A stretch of DNA of 64,000 bases, from contig OX597832.1 of the NCBI GenBank assembly GCA_951406725.2, positions 39,928,001 through 39,992,000 on the forward strand, given 5' to 3'. Source of the DNA: Octopus vulgaris. Lineage: Eukaryota. Position numbers and translations under genes: made by a program. The notes below the pieces were generated by a model, which was not told the DNA's origin, did not search any database, and was given only the letters and a program-made list of their open reading frames with translations. Below, piece after piece: positions 50,601 through 62,800 of the stretch; position 1 is the first letter of the stretch, and each line of letters begins with the position of its first letter.

Positions 50601-53600
50601 CACTAATAATCTCAAAAGCAGATAAAGAAAATGTAGCAGTCAGCTAAGTCTGATGATAGTTTCAAGCCAGGTGATGGTCACAGCTGGAACTATCATATAA
50701 CTGACAGACCAAATTTGGGATAAGGTACATCTTAAAAGATGGATTGTAAGAACAACAACAGTAACAACAACAACAAGCACTTACATAAGAGTCTTTGTTC
50801 AATAAACATCCGGTCGTAATTTCTTCCAAGAACAAATCATGTGCCTTTATGATGTCATTTAAATCTTTAGATTTCTTCACTTCATTCACCAATTTATCCC
50901 AAGAACATTCCAGAACCTAGAAAGAAGAACGGACAACTCTTTATCTTGACTCAACATATTTCTTCCCAGCCACAAATTCAAGAGATAAATAAGCTCAAGT
51001 AATTAAACAGTTATTCCTTTTCGTATCACATAGAAATGGCTCTAAGACAGGTGGAGAAACACCAGTAAGTTCTATCAACATAAGCTTCATGATAAAGTAA
51101 AACATAATCTAACAAGATTTCATAAACATTTTTGCTGAATGCATTTATCTAACCCTGGACATGCCTACAAAGTCAGAAAACAGCACAGCTCCCATGACTT
51201 TCGGAAACATTTTTTCACGCTCAGAGTTGCTGAAGCATGGAACAAACTGCCTGCGTCAGTTGTCGACTGCCATGACACTGCATCCTTTAAGGCCCTCATG
51301 CTTTCCGAAATCCGCCGAAACTACACCTGATTGCCCCCCTTCCATACTCATACACATATGTGTATGTCATGACTCATGCACTGTTCTTTTCCTGACGCTT
51401 GTACATTACCCTATGTACTATACATACACTTTAGATGAGTTGTAATGCACCTGAGCACTGTACACAATGTTTTATTATTATTATTATTATTATTATTATA
51501 CATCACGGATGCAAGGGTGACCAGAAATACTCCTTACCTCAAAGTTTATGTAATACTGCAGTTGGCTTATGAACTGCACCATTTTAGAACACTGGACATG
51601 GCATCGGTGCAAAGGATTCTTCAATTCTGGAAATTCAAAAATGGAAACATACTTTGTAGACATACGACAATATTATCAACATGGCTCTACAAGTTCTCTA
51701 CCTTCACTACCATACATCTGTAGCACCTCCGCTGCCATACATCACCCTGTAGGTCCTTTGCCTCCACTGTCATACATCACTCTGTAGGTGCTCTATCTTC
51801 ACCACTGTATAACACACTGTGGCACCTCTACATTTAGAATATCATACTATAAACCCTCTGCTACTACACTGCAGGACAGTGAATCTCAACCATTTTCTAC
51901 TTATGAGCCCCTTTGATCCCTAATTTAATTGAATGGACCCTCAGCCGTTTGATGTTTTAAAAAAAAAAAACCTTATATTTTAATAATTAGACATTAAGAA
52001 TTGTATTAACAAAATTGTTAAAATATTTTGTGTATTATAGAAGTATAATCAATTTATTGCACATAGGCACAGGAGTGGCTGTGTGGTAAGTAGCTTGCTT
52101 ACCAACCACATGGCTCCGGGTTCAGTCCCACTGCATGACACCTTGGGCAAGTGTCTTCTACTATAGCCTTGGGCCAACCAAAGCCTTGTGAGTGGATTTG
52201 GTAGATGGAAACTGAAAGAAGCCCATCGTATATATGTATGTCTGCGTTTGTCTCCCCTCAACATCGCTTGACAACCGATGGTGGTGTGTTTACATCCCTG
52301 TAACTTAGCAGTTCAACAAAACGGGCCAATGGAATAAATACTAGGCTTACAAAGAATAAGTCCTGGGGTCGATTTGCTCGACTAAAGGTGATGCTCCAGC
52401 ATGGCAGTCAAATGACTGGAACAAGTAGAAGAGAGAGAGTGTAAGTTTTAACAATAAAATCTTATATGGACCCCCAAGGGACATGTGGACCTTAGTTGAG
52501 AATCACAGTTGTAGGCCCTCCACATACTCTTCCATACACCAACACAGTGGTCCTCTACCTTCATTGCTATCTCCCCAGCAACTTTTCTGCCATAACCACT
52601 ACTACAGCACTGTCTCTGTCTGTCTCTTTTCTTGGAGCTAGCTGCTCTGGTGCCACTTCCACCCAAACCTATTTGACTTATATGTCTGTCACTCATATTG
52701 TGCCTACTCTTCTAGAACACACACACACACACACACACCACTATCCTCAGTCCATGTTTTTCCGGCAGCTGTCAATTTGTAATCGTTCAAGAATATAATT
52801 AATCTCTCTGGCCTTGGAGGTCCTGCAATAGCCTTGTGGCTGTGATAGGCACTCTTCTTCCAAACATAAAAACACATCAGAAGCTAGATTTCAGTGGGGA
52901 AGACGCAAAAACTTATCTCACCTGGTAACTGGCGATAGCTTTTTGCATTGAAAAGCAGTCCTTTCCAGACTGTCGCAAGAATATGTTCCATTCGTTTAGC
53001 ACGCCAAAGGAAGTTGAATGCTTTCAGGTACATGATAACACACTCATCATAGAACACCTAACGATAACGAGATGACAGTCATGTAACAGACAGGGAAACA
53101 GTGAGATAAGAGAACAGGAATTAATTAAGACATTAAACATAAAGCAACTGACGATAATTAGACAACAAAAGAAACATGATAAAAATAAAAGTTCTAAATT
53201 AAATGTTTTTATACCCGAGATGCCATCAAGAGACAGAAGGCAACTCTAACTCACAATCTTTTTATAATTTGTAATTAAAAATATGTTTATTATGGAGATG
53301 TACTTGCATAGCGAGTGACCTGATCTGAGATCATGTGCTGGAACGAAAACAATTGCAGCATGGAAGGTGCCTATAAGCCATTTAAGAAACACACAAAAAC
53401 CGTTCGATTCACTTCAACATTTAAATTTAATTTGTCAAACTTCGTGCAGCACAAAGTTTTGTCAGTGAACAGGTCGCGGTCCCAAAGCGACGAAAATATT
53501 TTGACAAATTAAATTTAAATGTTGAAGTGAATCTAACGGTTTTTGTGTGTTTCTTAAATGGCTTATAAACACCTTCCACGCTGCAATTGTTTTCTAAATA

Positions 53601-56600
53601 TAATAAGCTCAAAAGATTAAAGATAACTCAATCATTAATAACAGAGTCAGAAGAAATAACTTACAGTTTTAATTGGTCCATCAACATGATAGTATAAACT
53701 GAAGACATCCCAGCCTGTGTCTTGGGAGGAAACCTGCAAAGAAGAAGATAAACAACAGGTAGAGAGAGAGAGAGAGAGAGAGAGATGGCATAACAATATA
53801 GAGAAGCAACACGGCTCAATGAAACAAGTCTTACACGCATCAGCATTATTGCTTTTAATATCTTTTCCAATTTCGTATGTGCTCAATGGAGTTTACCAAG
53901 GTAGATTGTCTGCAACAGGTTGTTTGCCCTGTTGTCAACCTTTACTTCTCTTCAAGCAAGGTAATAATTCCTCGTAATCAGACGTGTTTCCACAAAATAT
54001 TGGAAATAATGGATGACATTTACAACAATCATGTAATGTTAAGACAAGGGGACATATTATACACATACACACATCATGATCATTTAACGTCCCTTCTCCA
54101 TGCTGGCATGGGTTGGACGGTTTGACAGGAGCTGACCAGGCTCCATGTCTGTTTCGGCATGGTTTCCATGGCTAGATGCCCTTCCTAACACCAACCACTT
54201 TACAGAGTGCACTGGGTGCTTCTATGCAACACTGGAATGGGTGGTTGCCTTCCACACACACACACACACACACATTTCAACTTTTACTTGATTCAGTCAT
54301 TGAAACTGTGGCCATGCTGGAGCACCACCATGGAAGGTATAGTTGAACAAATCAACCCCAGTACTTATATTTTTAAAGTCTGATATCCTATCAGTCTCTT
54401 TTGCTGAACCACAACTCAAACTCCCCCTTTTAATATGATCAAAATTAAAATCTTCCATCGAAATTTCATGTCACTTTATGTTCCAAACACCATCTTAATT
54501 ATGAACATAAGTCATTTCAGTAAATTCTTATTTTAAAAAATATTTCAACAAAGTTACGGTAAGAATTGGGTTAAAGACAACGAAATGAAAATAAGAGAGA
54601 ACTCCAACAATCCAAATATCAATCCATAATATATATTTCTTTACTGCCCACAAGGGGCTAAACACAGAGGGGACAAACAAGGGCAGACAAACGGATTAAG
54701 TCAATTACGTCGACCCAAGTGTGTAACTGGTACTTAATTTATCGACCCTGAAAGGATGAAAGGCAAAGTCGACCTCAGCAGAATTTGAACTCAGAACGTA
54801 ACGGCAGACGAAATACGGCTATGCATTTCGCCCGGTGTGCTAACGTTTCTGCCAGCTCGCCTGATTCCGTAATATATGTATCTAAGAACAACAAACAATA
54901 AAATATACACAAACCTCCATCATTTTCACATCCAAACGATCTAAAATATCACTGTCATCAAACTGAGCATTTGTTGCTCGGACTGCAGCTTCCAGAATCC
55001 CAGTCAAGTTGTGTGGGTAGAGGGTGTTGGCAGGTTTTGCTAATTCGGTCCTGAAGAAACCCAGATAAATATTTCACATTAGGTCTGTTTTTTATGATAT
55101 ATAAAAGAATATGAGCATTAAAAATGAAAGGACCCATTAAATAGAGCAAGGTTCCTCCCTGTCCATCACTTAATTACACTTCATTTCTAGATAAATGGAT
55201 GTTAGGAACAGTCTCACATGAAGCTTCTCGTGATTGTAACAATCAAATCAGAGGGAGAAAGAGAAAAAAAAAAAATCAACTCTTGTACGAGACTGATAAT
55301 TCATCAACGACAGAAATAACGAATGAACGTTGTTGTTTGTATGATTGTCAAAAAATCCTGGATATTATTATTATTATAGAAGTCTCAGAAAAAAAAGATT
55401 AAATTTATTTTATCAAAACAAAATTGAGAGAGAAAGAGAGAGAGGTAATGTTTATCGTCACTTCAACACAGCCGTTCCATACAAACCATTTTAACCCCAG
55501 GAGGATGCCTCCTCCAGCTGGTTATTCAATGCAATCTGCACTTGGTATACAAAGTGAAGTTGTAAGGTACCACACGAGTGGAATTATATATGAAAGAAGG
55601 TTTGAAAATGCAATTTTAAAAGATGCTTATTCACTTGACCGGTTTCACTTTTTTAGAAAAAGATTGTCAAAAGTAACATGTAAAGCTACCCAGGGTTCTC
55701 TGGTTGAAATAATAATTTATTTCAGCACTTTTCAAGTTGAGAACAAGACCATTTGTCAGTTGTCTTCTGGAAAATGGCGAAATAAATTATAATTATTTCA
55801 ACCAGGAAATTATAATTATAATTATTTCAACCAATACAGTAGGTGTATTTAGTAAGATTTGTGGCTTTTATCATAACATTATAACAATGTCATTTTTATT
55901 CTCTTAGCTAATTTTTCTACTTGTTGAAACCTTCCCACATAATGTATCTTCTTTTACTTGTTTCAGTCATTAGAGCACAGCCATGCTGGGGCACCACCTT
56001 GAAGAATTTTTAGTCAAATGAGTCAACTCCAGTACTTTTTTTTCTTTTACACCTGGTACTTAGGCTTAAACATATCAACACCAGTTGTCAAGCGGTGGGG
56101 AGTGGAAACAGACACAAAGACACACACATATGATGGGCTTTCTTTCAATTTCCGTCTACCAAATCCACCCACAAGGCTTTGGTTTGCCTGAGACTATAGT
56201 AGGGAGCACTTGCTTAAGGTGCCATGCAGTGGGACTGAGCCCAGAACCATCTGGCTGTAAAGCAAGCTTCTTACCACACAGCCACGTCTGCACCTGTATC
56301 ATTATCATTGTTTAACGTCCATCTCCCATGCATGCCTGGGTAGGACAGGTGAGAGGAACCAGGCAGGTAGAAGACTACTCCAAGCTTCCATGTCTGTTTT
56401 GGCAGGGTTTTTATGACTGGATGCCCTTCCTAACACCAGCCACTCTGCAGTGTGGACTCAGTGCTTTTTACAGCTGGATGCCCTTCCAAATGCTGACCAC
56501 TTTACAGTGTGGACTGGATGCTTTTTACATGGCACCAGAAGGGTCATTTTAGAACACTGGACAAGGTATTTTGAGATGGGCAGGGGCACTGGAGGAGGGG

Positions 56601-59600
56601 ATCTTGTGTCAGATGATGAAAGGTTAGACTGTGACAGAGAGACAGAAACAGGTGTCTTACTATAGAGGAGGTACAGGGTTACTCAGCAAGAGAGAAAGAG
56701 ATGGAGAGGAAGAGAGGAGGGTGTGGGAGGGGATATGCAAATAAAGGATGAACTTACTCCAGCAGACACATCAGGTGTGTGATAAAGTCTCCTTGACCAA
56801 AAAGTAGATATCGTCGAAGTGCCTAAAAAGATACAAAACCAACTTTATCTCCACCAGCAGAGTTCAATTTTCTCATACTGACATAAAATGCTACATGTAT
56901 GCAGAGTGTTATTAAATTCTACATGTATCGAAATATAAAGAAAGGAAAAATATAAATTGGTTTCAAATTTTGTTACAAGGCCAGTAATTTAGGGGGGAGG
57001 TGGTAAGTCGATTACTTCAACCCCAGTGTTAAACTGGTACTTATTTTATCAATCCTCCAAATGGATTTAAGGCAAAGTCGACCTTGGAAGAATTTGAACT
57101 CAGAGTGTAAAAGACAGACAAAATGCTGCTAAGTATTTTGCTCAGCATGGTAACTATTCTGCCAGTTAACCATTTTATAAAAACTGGTGTTGCACTTCTG
57201 TCATAATTGAACTCACAGACATTCAAATGTTAAATGTTCTTCACCTTCAATCAATATGCCATTTCAATCTTAAATCATTTAGATCATGATTCAAGATAGA
57301 TCTAATGTTGCATTAGACTAATAAGAAATCCTTGTCTCTAAGGAGGAAAATAAATTATACGGCTGAAAATGTTTCCATGAGGACCCATAAATATTTTGCT
57401 TACCTTTAGGTGATCCATAAACTTGTAGTTTTTGTGCATGCAATCAAGAAGTCTTCGACTGGTTTCTACATAAACCTCATCAATCATCTGCTGAAAGCTG
57501 GAGTTTGTGTTCTGGGTAAACATGGATTCAGCTAAAATATTCAAAATAGAAATATCAATACTATTCACATTATAGATGCTATGAAATTAGTAGAAATGGC
57601 AGAAGAAATAGGTTTAGGGGAAAAGAAAAAGGATACCACTGAATAGGAAAACTCAATAAGGATCTTTCGCACCTTGTTTAACATTGATCTCTTGTACAGC
57701 TTGTTGACCTTTGGCTGGGGTTTGTTCGTTACAGACGCAGTGGAGAAATTTGATGGATTTGCCAGCATTTAAGATCTAAACAAAATAAAGGTTACAGGGT
57801 AGGGTAATGGAGAAATATTTCAATGAATAGGAAAGGAATTCTAAACAACAGAGTGAAGTGTAGAAAATTAATGGGATTCTTCTAATCAGGAGAAAATTAT
57901 TAGGATTTTTACAGAACATAGGAAATACAGAATGATGAAATAAGAGAGTGAACAGGGGATAGCAAATAGAGGTAGAAAAAGGAAATGAATGACCCACTGA
58001 CCTTTTCTGCCTGTTCCGTACTGATAAAAGATGGGATCATAGCAGTACGTAGCATGTATTTACTCCGCCACACGTCAACACCAATTTTAGGGTTGCAGGC
58101 CACGAAAAACTGTAAAATATAAAACCACAAACATAAATAAGGGTCCACATAACCCAAAGTTTATTTGCTTATTTAACAAATACATAAACAAGTGAATGCA
58201 CATCCACAGGTACAGGCATGGTCACGTGGTTGAGAAAGGGTGAACTACAAGTCCCCTCTCTCCCTTTAGAGCTACTTCCAATTGAGATATATCCATCATT
58301 CTCATCATTTCCATTTACCACTCACCTTCTATAGATACATAACCACCTCCACTCTATACTTATATCCATCTCTCACTCTCTCGTCACACTCTTGCAAACT
58401 TTAAAAAAATCTCTGCTGATTTTCCTGCCCCCATGTCCCCTTCTTGGGCAAGTCACCTTGAGAGCATTTTCTGGCATCTCGTCACCCCCACATTTACCTC
58501 TCTTAGTGGCACCACTTCAGCCACCCTCACTCACCCATCATCATCATCATCGTTTAATGTCCGCTTTCCATGCTAGCATGGGTTGGACGGTTCAACTGGG
58601 GTCTGGGAAGCCAGATGGCTGCACCAGGCTCCAGCCTGATCTGGCAATGTTTCTACAGCTGGATGCCCTTCCTAACGCCAACCACTCCATGAGTGTAGTT
58701 GGTGCTTTTTACATGCCACCGGCACAGGTGCCAGGGGAGGTAAAGAAAGACGTTCCCATGCCGGGAATCGAACCCGGGCTGCCTGGGTGAAAGCCAGGAA
58801 TCCTAACCACTAGACCCATGTAAAATGCAAATAACCAGGTAACCATGAATCACCTCCACAACAAACCCGTCCCCACTCCTCCCATCATGCATTAACCCCT
58901 AAACACCTTGCATACACTTTCTAGTATTTTCTTTTTCAGGTAAAGTTGGGGGGTGGTCTTCATTCTTGAGAGTTACAAGGAAAGTTCACCAAGTTCACCA
59001 CTGCTGGATGCACAAAAATAGCAGCCAATTCACTCTGTAAAATGGCTGATGATAGGAAGGACACACAACTGCAGAAATTATGTCAAAAACTAAGATACTG
59101 GAGCAAGACATGGTCTCCAGCCAGTAGAATTCTGGTTTAAGCACCCCATATAACCCCACACAAATTTACATTTTATAATTTTCAGAAAAAGTGTGCAAAC
59201 TTGTGTCCTACACACAAATATTGATACGATTATGCAAAATAAAAAAAACTGACAAACAAAATGACTTTTGTGTGTATGATTTAAGGGCAATTTAGCTGTT
59301 ATTTTTAGCACATCTCACGACCACCTGATACCTTCCTCGTTTCTTTGTCACTCTAACTTGTATTGATGTTTTCCAATATTTTTCTCCCCATAAACATATT
59401 TAATGAAATGGTGATGCACCCTAGGGTGGTCCATTGCTGGTATAGGAAGGGGAAGGGGTTAAAAACTTGTTTTTTCATAATGGTATATAAATCCCCATGG
59501 TGCATTAACATTTAACCCTTAAACATTAAAACCAGCCACATCTGGCCCAAATAATCTGGCTGCTTTATGCTCAACCTGTCCAGATTCGGCCTCTGACATG

Positions 59601-59847
59601 TTCCCTACAATGTCATTCTAAACATACACTATCACAGAAACAAAGTCTCATAGCTGTGAGATAATGCATGATCGATTCAAAGCAATGTGGAGTGGCTGTG
59701 TGGTAAGTAGCTTGCTAACCAACCACATGGTTCTGGGTTCAGTCCCACTGCGTGGCATCTTGGGCAAGTGTCTTCTGCTATAGCCCCGGGCTGACCAAAG
59801 CCTTGTGAGTGGATTTGGTAAACGGAAACTGAAAGAAGCCCATTGTA

Positions 59848-59878
<31 letters not shown>

Positions 59879-62800
59879 GCATGCGTGTGTGTGTTTGTGT
59901 GTGTGTCTGTGTTTGTCCCCTTAGCATTGCTTGACAACCGATGCTGGTATGTTTATGTCCCTGTCACTTAGCAGTTCGGCAAAAGAGACCAATAGAATAA
60001 GTACTGGGCCTACAAAGATTAAATCCCGGGGGTCGATTTGCTCGACTAAAGGCGGTGCTCCAGCATGGCCGCAGTCAAATGACTGAAACAATAAGTAATA
60101 TCACAGAAACAAAGTCTCACAGCTTTGAGATAATGCATGATTGATTCAAAGCAATGTGGATAAACAAGCATTACATTTGACAGAATGATCTGAATGCTAA
60201 GGGGTTATGTGATGAACCCCATTTAAAATGCTAAAGAGGGCTTATGAATCACCTTTATTACCAATAAACCAATTGCAACCAAATTAAAATGAATTCTTAC
60301 TTCTCCTAAGGGGTCGTTTTCTAAATCTCCATCATAAATCCAGCGCAGCAACGTCACATAAATAGGATGGACGACCTAGAAAGAAGAAGACAAGTAATAA
60401 ATAATTAAGTCTTACGTAGTCAATATGATGAGCACAACTTCAAGATTATACCTGTAACGAGATGAAGTAAACATTAGTGATGCATTTACCTGAACAAACA
60501 AAGGCAAGGAAGAGGGGAAGAAATGAACAAGAGAGGAGCAATAAGTAGATGAAGGACGACCTCAGGTCACTGAACCTTTTGGGGGAGATGACAAAGGACC
60601 TAGATATCTGTACTCAGGAAGACCCATCCTCTACAGTACAAATGTTAAGGCCACCCGCAAAGAGGATTGGCCTGCAAGAGCCCTGTGCCGGTGCCATGTA
60701 AAAAGCAACCAGTACACATTGTAAAGTGGTTGGTATTAAGAAGGGCATCCAACCATAGAAACCAAGCCAAATCAGGCTGAAAGCTGCTAGAGCTCTCCAG
60801 CCCTGGTCAAATCGTCCAACTCATGACAGCATGGAAATGGGTGTTAAAGGATGATGATAATGAGGTAGTTGAGGAAATGAGAGACCCATCATTCAGAGCT
60901 CGGCCCTCATCACGGGTGGTGGGGGGACACCAGAAGGCAAGCAATTAGCAAAGCTTTTGTTGATGTGACAAAGCTAGAAGCAGTGGGCAACACGAGCCTG
61001 GTGGAATTTTCTTGATGACAGGGTTGTGCAGGTCAAAGGCAGGAAGAACACAGGGACACGGACACGGACACACACATTTTGGCATGAGATTCCCCTCAAT
61101 GAAATTATCAATATAAATAGTTCCAACCTGAAAATCAAACCAAATTATGGAATCAATTTCCAAAAATTTTCCAAGTATTCACCACTGCACCATAACACTG
61201 GCAACAGCAATCATCATCATCATCATCGTTTAACGTCCGCTTTCCATGCTAGCATGGGTTGGACGGTTCAACTGGGGTCTGGGAAGCCAGAAGGCTGCAC
61301 CAGGCTCCAGTCTGATCTGGCAATGTTTCTACGGCTGGATGCCCTTCCTAACGCCAACCACTCCGTGAGTGTAGTGGGTGCTTTTTAGGTGCCAGACGGG
61401 GCTGGCAAACGGCCACGGATGGATGGTGCTTTTTAGGTGCCACCGGCACGGGGGCCAGGCGAGGCTGGCAACGGCCACGATATAAAAATAAACTGAGCAG
61501 ATGAGGGGGAGCTTTTAAGTGGTGGCTTAACTTGCTAGAAATAGCAAGCAAATCTCTCCCAAATCTCAACCTAATCTTAAGAACACAGATAATGAAGTCC
61601 TGCACACCTTTGATCATTGGTCAGCTTAAAGTTGACATGTGACTCAACAACATACGAAAATAAGATGAGTAAAGATAAAAAAGGGGTTACCATATTGAGG
61701 AGATGCTGGAGCATTTGTTTGATGTAGGGTTCACCATGTTGCATACAGGAATATATTGTGGAAGCCAAGGCACCACCTCTTTTATCTGGGAGTAATAAAG
61801 AAGGAAAGAAGAAAAAAACTGAATAATGACTGGTATTTTTGATCTCTTAAAAGACATCAAACATCAAAAGCTGGGAGTGTAAGATATTTTGGCACCGTTG
61901 ACTTGACAAGGACTTGTCTGACATCAGACGCCTTCATTTTTGCCTCTTTCTCTCTCTGTTTCCATGCATCATCATCATCGCTTAACCCATGCTAGCATGG
62001 GTTGCACGGTTTGACTGAGGACTGGCAAACCAGAAGGCCGTACCAGGCTCCAGTTAGGCTCCAATGCATGAGAATAATTTTTATGTGTATGGGGAAAGGG
62101 AAAGTGTTTGTGTCAATCATGTTCAATTAATTAATCATAATGTGTCTCCCTCTCAATGACACGCCAGAGTGAAGGATGGTAAGTGACTGACGAGGTTGAA
62201 GAATTTATTATTCCACCCTTCACAGATGTTGTTGGTACGGGCATTGTTGTTCATGGTGGCATCACGCACATTCCATTGATGAGGGGCAAGCAGGTGGAAT
62301 GTGACGCATTCTCAGAGACATTGGGGCATAAGTACAATCGAAGTACATGAGCAACCCCTCATCGTCAGGTGGATCTTGTGGAATGGCAATTTCAAGGGAT
62401 CTCAATATCTTCATCAACGTCTTGTAGGGGGAAAAAAGAGGAGAGCATCGATCATACCACAAAACAATTGAAACTCGGCATTGGTATTATACTGTGTTCC
62501 CAGTTTAGGAACCCTGCATATTGAATGCATGTGTGTATTTCTGCGCACGCATGCATGCGTGTGTTTGTCATCAGTGTCAAAACCTATTGTCAGCAAAACA
62601 GGTCGAATATCCAGTCAGTCAATGCCAAATCCTCAGGGTCCAAACAGCCATGTCCCAATAATCTCATTCCAAAAAAGCCAGGCATTAAACGGTTTCAGTG
62701 ACAGCATCAAAGAACACCAAACGCAACGTGTCAAACAGCAACATTGGAGACAATGCCAAACGACATCAAATAACGACGACACTCCACGTCAAAAGTAAAA

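Noticed and set aside
58753-58823. Functional tRNA-Glu gene
   Set aside because: T8 is missing, the acceptor stem is mismatched and it is fused to a retroelement; treated as a pseudogene
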